Below, piece by piece: positions 29,048 to 39,339 of a stretch of 64,000 nt of DNA. Every line of letters starts with the position of its first letter. Positions within the stretch are counted from its first letter, which is position 1. Origin of the DNA: an uncultured bacterium (lineage in GTDB: Bacteria; Verrucomicrobiota; Verrucomicrobiia; Verrucomicrobiales; DEV007); assembly GCA_963977015.1 (NCBI GenBank), contig CAXBMO010000002.1:64001-128000 (forward strand). The letters run 5' to 3'. The translations under genes and the position numbers were made by a program. Under the pieces are notes generated by a model. That model did no database searches, was not told where the DNA came from, and was given only the letters and a program-made list of their open reading frames with translations.

Positions 29048-30778
29048 ATGCTTGAATTTTTATCCAGACTGCAGCTTGAACGTCGCGGTCTCTCCAATGT
29101 GAAGAGGAGGCGCACCGTGATTGAGAACGAATTCGTTCACAATCTTCAATATGGAGGAGGCCCACGCGCAATTCTGTTCCTGCTTTTCGCGTTGGCTTCC
29201 GTTCTGTTTATCCGCTATGCGCGGGATCCTGAGGCACTGTATCCCAGCGACGTGACGAGAATGGCCTTGGTCGTGGTCGTCATCATCGGGAGTTTTGCCG
29301 TTCACTATTATGTGAATCATACCGGCAATTTCTTGAGGAATAACCGGGTTCTCCTCACGATTGGTGTTCTTTTCTTCCACCTTTTCCTCCTAAAAATCGC
29401 CTTCACTCTGGGAGCTGCCGCAGGGACGGCCGCGGAGGCAACGGCAAGAGCAACCACGGAAGCAATCGCTCAACTGGATGGAGTCGCCAAAGTCTCTGAA
29501 GTCGCGCGAATTCCCTTTGAATATCTGTTCCCGGCCTACGCCTTCGCCCCGATGGTGATGTCGATTCTTCTCGGGCGGAACCACGGAACGCTGACCGCGA
29601 TTTACGCGAGTCTTCTTGGCGCAATGCTGGTTCCGGCGGATATGGCGTTCAATTTCATGGTGATGAGCCTCGTTTCGGGATTCGTGGCCGTTTATCTGAC
29701 CCACCAGGTGCGCCGACGAAGCAAAGTGATTCGGGCGGGCCTGTTCGTCGGAATCGCGACGACGATTCTGGCCATCGCGACTGGCGAAGTGATGATCCAA
29801 ACGGATTGGAAGACGATCGCCATTCAATGTGGAACGACGCTTTTGGCCGGAACGTTGATGGCAATGCTGATCAGCGGGTTATTGCCCATGCTGGAGAGCC
29901 TGTTTCGGATCACAACGGATGTTTCCTGGCTCGAAATGGCCGATCTCAACCATCCCCTGCTCCGTCGCCTGACCTACGAAGCACCCGGCACCTATCATCA
30001 CAGTCTCGTTGTCGCCAGGTTGAGCGAAGCCGCCGCCGACACGATTGGAGCCAATGGAATGCTTTGCCGGGTTGCGTCCTACTTCCACGACATCGGAAAA
30101 CTGACGAAACCGCAGTATTTCATCGAGAACATCGACAATGACGAGAATCCTCATGATGAGCTGACGCCGACGATGAGCGCGTTGATCATCATCGCTCACG
30201 TGAAAGACGGGGTCGATCTGGCGTTGAAACACCGGTTGAACAACGAAATCATCAGCGTGATCCGCGAACACCACGGAACCTCACTGGTTCAGTATTTTTA
30301 TGACCGGGCCCGCAAATTGCGGCGCGAGCAGAAGACCAAACAGGAGGAAGGAAAGGCGAAATCCGACGATTTACCGGCCGTTGAGGAGAAAAATTTCCGC
30401 TATCCCGGGCCGAAACCTCAAACTCGCGAAAGCGCGATTATCAGTCTCGCCGACAGCATCGAAAGTGCTTCACGGTCGCTCTCAAAGCCGAGTCCTCCGA
30501 AGATTGAGCAATTGATCGACGAGATCACCAAAAACCGGATTCGCGAAGGCCAACTCGATGAATGTGGTCTGACATTTGCCGATCTGTCGCAGGTCAAAGC
30601 CAGCTTTCTCTCAACGCTTTCCGGCATGTCGCATACCCGCGTGTCCTACAAGCAGGAGGGTGTCGATGAGAAGACGAGTGGCGATGGGGCCAAGCAACCT
30701 GCCGAGGGCAAGCCGGAGTTGAAAGTGGTCGAGAAAGACGACGCGGAAGGTTCGAAGCCGAAAAGCAATGTTGCCTGA
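29048..30778 (+). CDS. Multi-TM HD (HDIG) phosphohydrolase, PgpH-like
   Basis: Several TM helices, APGTYHHS, FHDIGK, EHHGT, RYPGPKP and LADSIE; conserved position between phoH and ybeY. Confidence 0.92.
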   Translation: MLEFLSRLQLERRGLSNVKRRRTVIENEFVHNLQYGGGPRAILFLLFALASVLFIRYARDPEALYPSDVTRMALVVVVIIGSFAVHYYVNHTGNFLRNNRVLLTIGVLFFHLFLLKIAFTLGAAAGTAAEATARATTEAIAQLDGVAKVSEVARIPFEYLFPAYAFAPMVMSILLGRNHGTLTAIYASLLGAMLVPADMAFNFMVMSLVSGFVAVYLTHQVRRRSKVIRAGLFVGIATTILAIATGEVMIQTDWKTIAIQCGTTLLAGTLMAMLISGLLPMLESLFRITTDVSWLEMADLNHPLLRRLTYEAPGTYHHSLVVARLSEAAADTIGANGMLCRVASYFHDIGKLTKPQYFIENIDNDENPHDELTPTMSALIIIAHVKDGVDLALKHRLNNEIISVIREHHGTSLVQYFYDRARKLRREQKTKQEEGKAKSDDLPAVEEKNFRYPGPKPQTRESAIISLADSIESASRSLSKPSPPKIEQLIDEITKNRIREGQLDECGLTFADLSQVKASFLSTLSGMSHTRVSYKQEGVDEKTSGDGAKQPAEGKPELKVVEKDDAEGSKPKSNVA

Positions 30779-31235
30779 GGAATCTTGGAGTCCGGGCTTC
30801 GAACTCAGTAACTGCCAAATCAATGTCGAGTTGGATACCGAGGTCCTCAGCTTGGCGATTCCTCGTGCTTTTTGCGAAGTGTCTCGATCGCCATCAGGCT
30901 CGGAACCAAGCTTGATGGCCAGCCTCGGGCACCTCGAAATCTCGATTCTCGATGATGCGGAAATCGCCCGAATCCACGACGAGCAAATGGGTGATCCAAC
31001 GGCGACGGATGTCATTACCTTTCAACACGGGGAACTACTGATTAGCGCCGATACCGCCCAGCGAGAGGCGATGAGCCGAAAATGGCCGGTCGAGCGCGAA
31101 CTGTTGCTCTATATCGTTCACGGTTTGCTTCACCTTCACGGTTACGATGATCTGACGCCTGATCTGCGTGAAGCAATGCACGCACAACAGGACGCAATTT
31201 TGGATCGCCTCTGGCCCCTGAAAGCCTCGGATTAG
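30768..31235 (+). CDS. ybeY: rRNA maturation endoribonuclease YbeY
   Basis: TDVITF and HGLLHLHGYDD. Confidence 0.92.
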   Translation: MLPEESWSPGFELSNCQINVELDTEVLSLAIPRAFCEVSRSPSGSEPSLMASLGHLEISILDDAEIARIHDEQMGDPTATDVITFQHGELLISADTAQREAMSRKWPVERELLLYIVHGLLHLHGYDDLTPDLREAMHAQQDAILDRLWPLKASD

Positions 31236-33930
31236 ATTCCGGCCAATTTCCGGGCGAATTGCAGCGTGTCGATGTCTTCGACCGTTTTGTCGTGGCGAAT
31301 CGCTTTGATCCTTGGAAATCGCATCGCGAGACCGGAATTGTGACGTTTGCTGGGATTGATTGAGTCGAACGCGATCTCCAGAACCACATTGGGTTCCACG
31401 GTTTGGCTGCGCCGTGATTTCGAAAGCGTGTGTTCCTGAAAATGCTCGGTCAGATCCTCGATCTCCCGATCGCTCAATCCGGTGTAAGCTTTCCCGATGA
31501 CAACGAGTTCACCCGTTTGCGTGTCGCGGACCGCAAACGTGTAATCGCTCAAAACATGGTTCCGCTTTCCATGCCCTTGCTCGACTTTGACGACGACACA
31601 ATCGAGAGTCGCCATCGGTTTCTTCAACTTGAGCCAGGAAAGACCACGACGGCCAGGGGAATAGGAGCTGGACGGATCCTTTGCAATCAGACCTTCGTTC
31701 TCGCGCTGGCGCGCGGCTTTGAATTCCGCTTCGATTTCGGTTTCAGAGCAGGCTTGCCGAACCGCGCAAACTTCAAATGGCCCCGTCATCTCCAGCGATT
31801 CAAGGAACTCCCGCCGCTCGCACAATGGCCGCTCCAGAAGTTCTTCGCCATTGAGCCAAAGCAGATCAAACGCGACGAAGCGAACCGGCACGCTTGCTCC
31901 CAGAAAGAGATCGCTGTCGTTGAGCCGTCCCAACCGCTTTTGAAGATCGAAAAACGTCAGCTTTTTCCCCTCCGCAAATGCAATGATTTCGCCATCCAGG
32001 ATGAAGTCGGCGTCCAGACTTCGAGCGGGCTCGAGCAATTCATGAAACTCTAGGTGAAGCGGGCGAAGGTCGCGGGAAAACAATTCCACCTTCTTTCCGC
32101 GTTTGTGGAGTTGCGCGCGAATTCCATCATACTTGTCCTCCAGCCAAACCCGGCCGCGTTCTCCGAGGCGCTTCCAAATTCCGTCCGCCGTTTCTTCCGG
32201 GCTCGCGAGCATGACTTTGATCGGCACAAACGGCGTCACTTTCGCGGAATCCAATTGATTCAATTTGGCCAACGTCGCGGTATGGCCAATATCGCCGGTC
32301 AACATGTGGGCGCGTCTCACATCCGGAGCAGGGACCTTAAAAGCGGAGGCAATGGCTTCTTCGATGAGGCCTTCCTTCAGGCCAATTCTGAGATCTCCCG
32401 AAAGCAACTTCACCAGATATTTCCCTTCCAACGGATCAAGGCTCAAGAGCCGTTCGCTGAGCAATTTCGACTTCGCGACAGGTCCCCTCGCTCCCGCAAG
32501 GTGTTCCAAGTGTTCACGAATCTGGACCAGCGTCGCACCGTCCTGCTGCGGCTGGGTTTTGCCTTCGAGCAATAAAAAGGCGGCTCTTCCCGAATCCCCC
32601 TGGCCCTGGGCAATCTGACGATACTCCGCTTCCGTCCGATTCGTCGCCTCAAGCAGAGCTCGTTTCGTGATCGCCCAGCCAACGTTGAGTGATCGCAATT
32701 GGTCAGCCCGGCCAAACGGCTTACCGGAAAGGAAAACCGCAGCGATGGGTAATGATTCGGTTTCGAGTTTCGCCAGGAAGTCCGCCAGTATTTCGATTTT
32801 TTTCAGCTTGCCGGTCGAGGCCGCGATCGCATCCCCAAGCTCCGCAAACTGCATGAACCCGCTTTTCTCACCACGTGAGGACGGCTCAGCCGCGTCAACC
32901 GGCCTTGCTTCCTTTCCGGAAGCATTTGGGGACGCCCCAAACAGCTCCAACTGATTTTCTCCCGTCAACGACCACGCTTCCCAACCTCGCGATCGCAGAT
33001 CCGCCGAAAACTCATCGGCATAGCCATGGAGAGTGAGGATCCGCTTCGGTTGAACCATTTCGACGTAACGAAGCAGATCATCATAGTCGGCATGATCGCT
33101 GAGTGGGAAAACGCGGTCGACCTGATAGCGAAACTTTGCACTCGGATCGATTCCCCAACCGCTGATCATGGCCGTAGCCCGATTTTTCACCTTCCTCAGT
33201 TGTTGTGATCGAATCGCATTGGGAGGAGCGATGACCACCTGGCCTTCGAAACGGGACCCTGCTTCGAGCATCTGATACGGAGGCAAATTGTAGCCCAGTT
33301 CGCCGTACATTTTCGTCATCTTGACGGCGGCGCCATGAAGCAAGAACTGCAGCTCCGGCCCCAGTTGCCCCAACGCGATCAGCACTTCCTGAGCCTTGCC
33401 CAAGGAGTAGGCACCCAGCATCGGCGTCACTCCGTCCTCAAGCGCTTCCCGAACAAATCGGAGCAAATCATCCAGCACTTCATCGTTGGGAGGCAGGCGG
33501 TATTTCGGGATGCCGTAAGTCGTCTCCATGATCAACGTATCCGCGGTTCTCGCCTCGGTCGCCTCCGACGCAAATCCATGCCGCAATTTAAAATCTCCGG
33601 TGTAGAGCAGTGACGCTCCATCATCACGCTCCAGGCGGATTTGGGAAGATCCAAGAATATGCCCCGCGGGAAAAAGTTCGACCCTGTGCTTCTTGAACTC
33701 AAATGGCACTCCGAAATCGTGGCCGACAAGATGGCCACGTTTTCCAAAGCGTTTCTCCACAAACCGCTTGGTCGTCGACGAGCAAATCGCCGTTTGATGA
33801 GGCGCAACATGATCTGCGTGAGCATGGAAACGAATGCCTCTGCCTTCCGGTCGTGCGGATCCAGCCACAAGTCGATTTCGGACAACAACGCCCCTCGGCG
33901 AAATTCGACCGCAATCGGCTTTTCCCTCAT
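31232..33930 (-). CDS. MBL/beta-CASP exonuclease fused to an ATP-dependent DNA ligase; 1-nt frameshift near 33826
   Basis: Nuclease motifs (S)HAHADH, AGHILGS, TGD, ETTYG and SDHAD. Ligase motifs EDKYDG, DGEI, FDLL, EGLIAK, WLKLK and RFPRI. The true N-terminus MREKPIAVEF..DPHDRKAEAFVS (ATG 33930) lies in another frame. Confidence 0.88.
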
Positions 33931-34535
33931 TTTGCTGCGGCTGATGATTGATTGGGAAAAAGCCAAGGCTTCAACAGCCTGGTGACTTGAGGCATGACGA
34001 CGTAAGTCAGCAAGACAACCTGGAAAACGATGATCAGCAACGGTCGTAGCAGGACGGGAATTGGCTCCAACATTGGCAGAACCCAAAGATTCACCGGTAT
34101 CGACATCAGGTAGAGAACTGCTGTCAAAACAATGATCATCTTGTGGGGGGCAGCGGGTTGGCTCGCCTCCATCTCCGGAAAATCGAACCAAAATTCGAGC
34201 CCCGTGGTGTGGCGCGTCTTCTCTTCACCTTCGACCAGTCCTTCCAACTGATCTCGCCACTGCTTACGAAGAGCCGACTGCTCCCAGGCCTTGCCATGGC
34301 AAAAATTGTCGAATCGATAGATCACCACATATTCTTGATCGGTTGCCGGACTGGGGCGCAACACATTCGTGCCTTGATAGCCCTCAAATGTCGATGAGGC
34401 TTCGATAATGCCGGAGAGCCAGCGCTCATACTCGCCTTCAAGCCCCGGCTTGATCTTGCGAGAAATACTGACCGTGACCGGTCCCGCTCCGTTTGGCTCG
34501 CAGACTTTCGCCGATGTCAGAGTCGTGTTTTTCAT
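33927..34535 (-). CDS. Antibiotic-biosynthesis-monooxygenase-like protein with C-terminal TM helices
   Basis: IKPGLEGEYERW, FEGYQG, YVVIYRFD, TGLEFWF and LLTYVVMP. Confidence 0.8.
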   Translation of the reverse strand: MKNTTLTSAKVCEPNGAGPVTVSISRKIKPGLEGEYERWLSGIIEASSTFEGYQGTNVLRPSPATDQEYVVIYRFDNFCHGKAWEQSALRKQWRDQLEGLVEGEEKTRHTTGLEFWFDFPEMEASQPAAPHKMIIVLTAVLYLMSIPVNLWVLPMLEPIPVLLRPLLIIVFQVVLLTYVVMPQVTRLLKPWLFPNQSSAAAK

Positions 34536-34683
34536 GAATCAGTTCAGGTTCGATGGATTCGTTTGGTCGCTCTGGAAAACATTTCCTTTACGAGCGACGT
34601 TCCAGCAAATCCCTGCTTGTCAGGTTTCTCAGTATCCTGCTAGACGCCCGATGCTGATCACGTTACAGGATCTGCTGAATGCT

Positions 34684-34706
34684 CAAGTGACCAAAATCGT
34701 CACTTG
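34684..34706. promoter_or_regulatory. Palindromic operator candidate in a divergent intergenic region
   Basis: CAAGTGAC-N7-GTCACTTG perfect 8-bp inverted repeat. Confidence 0.45.
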
Positions 34707-34866
34707 GCCATGCCAAAACTTACTGCGAACCTTCCTGGCATGAATCTAAACTTTACGTAGATTCTCGAAATTCTAAACATTTTGGACTTGCCTTTCATAG
34801 GCGTTTCTACCCCAATTCGCTAGTCAACTCTCCCCTACTCTAACGGCGCGAAATCGTCACTCTCGC

Positions 34867-35949
34867 ATGGTATCCATTACCCTCACCAATATCACCAAAA
34901 GATTTGGAGAAGTCATTGCGCTCGATAATCTTGATCTGCGGATTGAGAAGGGTGAACTCTTCTTCCTCCTCGGCCCGAGCGGATGTGGCAAAACGACTCT
35001 TTTGAGGTCAATCGCCGGATTCTACACCCCTGACGAAGGGTCGCTCTATTTCGATGATCAGGACGTCACGACGCTTCCTCCGCACAAACGCAAAACCGCG
35101 ATGGTCTTCCAGAGCTATGCGCTTTGGCCTCACATGACGGTCGGTCAAAACGTCGCTTACGGCCTTCAGCAGAAGAAATTGCCCCGGGGCATCATCGAAG
35201 AGCGCGTCAAGAAGGCGCTCCGAACCGTCAAGATGGAAGATTTTGCCGCCCGGCGAATCAACCAACTCTCCGGAGGACAACAACAGCGGGTCGCGCTGGC
35301 GAGAGCCTTGATCGTTGAGCCCGATTGCCTGCTGCTCGACGAGCCGCTCTCGAACCTCGACGCCAAATTGCGGGTCGAGATGAGAACGGAGATTCGCCGC
35401 ATTTGCAAGGAGAGCGGCGTCACCTCCGTGTATGTCACTCACGATCAGAAAGAGGCGCTGAGCATTGCCGACCGGATGGCCATTCTCGAAAACGGCGACT
35501 TTGCCCAGATTGGAACTCCCCAGGAAGTGTACCGCGATCCGGTCTCGCGCGCGGTGGCCAGCTTCATCGGAGAAGCCAATTTCATTCAAGGTCGACTGGT
35601 TGAACAACTGAACCGGCAGGGCTTCTGGACCGTTGAAACCAAAATCGGCAACATCCAGGGACGCATCTCGCACAAGCGCTGGAAGCCCAAATACAATGAC
35701 CGCGTCACGCTCTCGATTCGCCCTGAAAGTCTGACCCTCACCAAGCAACCACCGAGCGGAAACTTCATCAAAGGGCATATTACGGGCCGAACTTATCTCG
35801 GAGAAATGGCCCAATATCAATTGAGCGCGGAGGGTCTCACTCAACCAATTCACGTCAGTGAAATGAATCCGCGCCAGTTGGAAGGTCCGTCGGACAAAGT
35901 TTTTTATGCCGTAGTCTATCCCGAAGATGTCGTCCTCCTCCAGCGCTAA
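34867..35949 (+). CDS. ABC transporter ATP-binding subunit (FbpC/PotA-like)
   Basis: GPSGCGKT, LSGGQQQRVALARA, LLDEP and a TOBE-like C-terminus. Confidence 0.93.
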   Translation: MVSITLTNITKRFGEVIALDNLDLRIEKGELFFLLGPSGCGKTTLLRSIAGFYTPDEGSLYFDDQDVTTLPPHKRKTAMVFQSYALWPHMTVGQNVAYGLQQKKLPRGIIEERVKKALRTVKMEDFAARRINQLSGGQQQRVALARALIVEPDCLLLDEPLSNLDAKLRVEMRTEIRRICKESGVTSVYVTHDQKEALSIADRMAILENGDFAQIGTPQEVYRDPVSRAVASFIGEANFIQGRLVEQLNRQGFWTVETKIGNIQGRISHKRWKPKYNDRVTLSIRPESLTLTKQPPSGNFIKGHITGRTYLGEMAQYQLSAEGLTQPIHVSEMNPRQLEGPSDKVFYAVVYPEDVVLLQR

Positions 35950-37618
35950 GCCCCGCCCCAGGGTTGCGAGCTTTTTGGCTCAATCAGGTTGGATTCGATC
36001 CGTTATCGTCTCTGCGGCGATGTTCGTGGTCGTCGCCATTCCATTCTGGATGCGCCCGGATGAAGCGGAGCAAACGCAGGCGAGCGAGAAGGTTTTGGTG
36101 ATTGTCAGCCCGCACAATGACACCATTCGCGGTGAATTTGCTTCCGCGTTCGGCGACTACCTTGAAGCAAAGACCGGGGAACGCGTGCGAATCGATTGGA
36201 GAGACCTCGGTGGCACGTCAGATATTTCCAAGTTTATTGATGGCTCCTATCGGGCTGCGTTTGAGAATCACTGGCGGAACAAGCTGAAGCGCAAGTGGAA
36301 GACGAAAGGCTCTGGTCCCGGCGATGTAGCCGTCAGCAAATCGACTCCAGATGGCACGGCGGGAGACGACACCGAATTCGAGAAGGCCCGCCGGGAGTTC
36401 CTCAAATCAGAAGTCGGAATCGGAATCGACCTTTTCTTTGGTGGAGGTCCCTATTATTTCAAGCGGCACGCATCGCGAGGGCACCTTGTCGATAGCGGTA
36501 TTTTCGATCAAGAGCCATCTTGGTTCACCGACGACGTCATCCCCTACACAACAAGCGGCGAAATCATGTATGACAAGGAGCGTCGCTGGGTCGGAAACTG
36601 CCTGTCCAGCTTTGGAATCCTGTATAACACGGATTTCCTCCAACGGATTGAAGCGGAAGTACCGGATCAATGGAGCGACCTTGGCGATCCCAAGTTCTTT
36701 GGTGCAGTAGCCCTGGCTGATCCGACAAAAAGCGGGTCAGCCAACACCGCCTTCGAAATGTTGCTTCAGCAACAACTCGCGAAAGCCGTCTCGTCCATCG
36801 ATCCGTCAAAAGTTGCGGATCAGGAGAAAGCGACTTTTGATGCGCTCGACTCCGGTTGGACGGAAGGGCTCAACCTGATTCAACGCATCGCCGCCAACGC
36901 CCGGTATTTCACCGATCAATCAACCAAGATTCCCTATGACGTCAGCCAGGGAAATGCGGCGGCAGGTATGACCATCGACTTCTACGGCCGCACCTCCAAC
37001 GAGCGTCTCAGGAAAGATGATGGAAGCTCGAGAGCTGTGTTTGTCGCCCCGATCGGCGGCACATCGATTGGAGCGGACCCCATCGGCATGTTTCGTGGGG
37101 CGCCCCACCCTGACCTGGCTCTTGAGTTCATCCACTTTGTTTTGTCGCCCGCAGGGCAACGACTGTGGCATTACCGAATCGACGCTCCGGGCGGCCCCAA
37201 AGTTCATGCCTTGCGCCGTTTGCCAATTCGAAAGGATGCCTACACCGAAGATGAATTGAAATACTCCAGCGATCCCGAGGTTATGCCTTACGAGCGCGCC
37301 AAGCAGTTCTACTATGAGGCAGATTGGACCGCTCCCCATTTCAACATCATCAAGTTCATCATTCAGGTAATGTGTCTTGAAACCCACGAAGAGTTACAGG
37401 AGGCGTGGAACGTCCTTGTCGAAACCGGCTTCCCGCCCCGGGCGACCAAGATCTTCTATGACGTCAGCCAGGTTGGTTATACCAATGTCACAGGCGATCT
37501 CAGTCAGCGTATGAGTTCCAGTGATCCCCTGACGATTCAAAAACTACGAAGAGATCTGCGCGAGGGCTTTCGCCAGAACTATGAGGACGCAGCTGAGATT
37601 GCAAGGAGGGAACTATGA
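35927..37618 (+). CDS. ABC transporter substrate-binding protein (AfuA/FbpA-like), N-terminally anchored
   Basis: LVIVSPH, DLFFGGG, WSDL.DP, LADPTKSGS and IDFYG. Start uncertain. Confidence 0.85.
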   Translation: MSSSSSAKPRPRVASFLAQSGWIRSVIVSAAMFVVVAIPFWMRPDEAEQTQASEKVLVIVSPHNDTIRGEFASAFGDYLEAKTGERVRIDWRDLGGTSDISKFIDGSYRAAFENHWRNKLKRKWKTKGSGPGDVAVSKSTPDGTAGDDTEFEKARREFLKSEVGIGIDLFFGGGPYYFKRHASRGHLVDSGIFDQEPSWFTDDVIPYTTSGEIMYDKERRWVGNCLSSFGILYNTDFLQRIEAEVPDQWSDLGDPKFFGAVALADPTKSGSANTAFEMLLQQQLAKAVSSIDPSKVADQEKATFDALDSGWTEGLNLIQRIAANARYFTDQSTKIPYDVSQGNAAAGMTIDFYGRTSNERLRKDDGSSRAVFVAPIGGTSIGADPIGMFRGAPHPDLALEFIHFVLSPAGQRLWHYRIDAPGGPKVHALRRLPIRKDAYTEDELKYSSDPEVMPYERAKQFYYEADWTAPHFNIIKFIIQVMCLETHEELQEAWNVLVETGFPPRATKIFYDVSQVGYTNVTGDLSQRMSSSDPLTIQKLRRDLREGFRQNYEDAAEIARREL

Positions 37619-39339
37619 ACCAAGTCTTGCGCCAGATTCGCCAGATCAACATTTCCCTTCTCGCTTACGCGGGAATGCTCGTGTTCTTCGCGTTGTTCTT
37701 TGTCTACCCAATTGCTACAACCCTGAAGGAAGCCTTCATCGTCGATGGTGAGTTCACCTTCAGTTATGTCAGAGATGTCCTTCAGGATAAATATTACCTG
37801 GAAGGATTGCTCAATGCGACAATTGTCGCCATTTTCAGCACACTCGGGTCGATCCTCATTGCATTACCTCTGGCTGTCATTGCAGATCGATACAATTTCC
37901 CATTCAAGTCGATCCTCCTTCCACTCCTCTTGGTTCCTCTCGTCTTGCCTCCCTTTGTCGGCGCGATTGGCGTGAAACAGATTCTCGGGCAAAGTGGTTC
38001 TCTGAATATCTTTTTGAGTTGGTTCGGTCTCGTCGATCCAGACAATCCGGTGGATTGGTTGGGAAGGCACCGTTTTCTGGGAATGATTCTGATGAATGCC
38101 CTTCATCTTTATCCGATCGTTTATCTCAATGTCAGCTCCGCTCTGGCCAACCTTGATCCCGCGTTGGAAGAAGCCAGCGAGAATTTGGGGAGTTCTCCAA
38201 TTCATCGTTTTTTCTACATCACTCTTCCCTTAACACTACCAGGGTTGTTCGCGGGAAGCACGATCGCCTTTATCTGGGCGTTCACGGAGTTGGGAGTCCC
38301 GTTGATTTTCGACTTCACTCGCATCACTTCCGTCCAGATCTTCGACGGGATCAAAGACCTGGGAGCCAGCCCCTTCCCCTATGCGTTGGTCGCCGTCGTA
38401 CTGTTCATCACTTCCGTTATCTTCTTGACCGGCAAGAAACTGATGGGGAATCAGGACCTATCCTCCTCGGGCAGAGCCTCTGTAGGGCGCCATAGCCATG
38501 AAATCGAAAACTGGAGCCGCTGGCTTGTCTTTGCGTTTTTTCTGGGTGTGGTCCTCGCGGCAACGGTTCCCCATTTCGGAGTTTTGTTGGTTTCAACCTC
38601 AACAGACTGGTATGCCTCCATTCTCCCCCAGAATTTCACGCTCCAACACTACGAAGAAGCCTTGGGCCATGTCATCACGGTCCCTTCGATTGGAAACAGT
38701 CTCAAATACGCCGGGTTGGCGACGATTCTCAATCTCATCATTGGCATATCCATCGCCTATGTCGTGGTCCGAACGAAGATGGTTGGTCGCCAGTTCCTGG
38801 ATGCCCTTTCAATGCTGCCACTCGCCGTTCCGGGATTGGTGCTCGCGTTCGGATATTTGGCGATGACTCGTGAGGGCAAGCCGTTTCACTTTTTGGTCAA
38901 TGTCTTTGATCCCGGCAATCCCTTCTTGTTGCTGGTCATCGCCTACGCAGTTCGCAGGCTACCCTACATTGTGCGATCTGCGGTCGCCGGATTCCAACAG
39001 ACCAGCAGGAGCCTTGAGGAGGCAAGCGCAAGCCTCGGGGCCGGGCCTCTAACAACGATGCGAAGAATTACGGTCCCACTCATCGCTGCAAATCTCATTG
39101 CCGGCGCGATTCTGGCCTTTGCCTTCTCAATGCTGGAAGTCTCCGACTCGCTGATCCTGGCGCAAAAACAGGCGCATTTCCCGATTACAACGGCGATCTA
39201 TTCGCTCTTTGGATCATTGGGCAACGGGCCTTTTATCGCTTCAGCACTCGGCGTTTGGGCAATGGCCTTCCTAACGGTCGCGATCGTTGGTGCGGGATTC
39301 CTGCTTGGGAAAAAGATGGGAGCCCTTTTCCGAGCCTGA
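37615..39339 (+). CDS. ABC transporter permease (FbpB-like, two EAA loops)
   Basis: LEEASENLGS and LEEASASLGA motifs; many TM helices. Confidence 0.92.
   Translation: MNQVLRQIRQINISLLAYAGMLVFFALFFVYPIATTLKEAFIVDGEFTFSYVRDVLQDKYYLEGLLNATIVAIFSTLGSILIALPLAVIADRYNFPFKSILLPLLLVPLVLPPFVGAIGVKQILGQSGSLNIFLSWFGLVDPDNPVDWLGRHRFLGMILMNALHLYPIVYLNVSSALANLDPALEEASENLGSSPIHRFFYITLPLTLPGLFAGSTIAFIWAFTELGVPLIFDFTRITSVQIFDGIKDLGASPFPYALVAVVLFITSVIFLTGKKLMGNQDLSSSGRASVGRHSHEIENWSRWLVFAFFLGVVLAATVPHFGVLLVSTSTDWYASILPQNFTLQHYEEALGHVITVPSIGNSLKYAGLATILNLIIGISIAYVVVRTKMVGRQFLDALSMLPLAVPGLVLAFGYLAMTREGKPFHFLVNVFDPGNPFLLLVIAYAVRRLPYIVRSAVAGFQQTSRSLEEASASLGAGPLTTMRRITVPLIAANLIAGAILAFAFSMLEVSDSLILAQKQAHFPITTAIYSLFGSLGNGPFIASALGVWAMAFLTVAIVGAGFLLGKKMGALFRA

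Noticed and set aside
33532..34191. 219-aa ORF as an independent gene
   Set aside because: It overlaps two real genes; only the segment from ATG 33930 is meaningful, as the frameshifted N-terminus of the nuclease-ligase.
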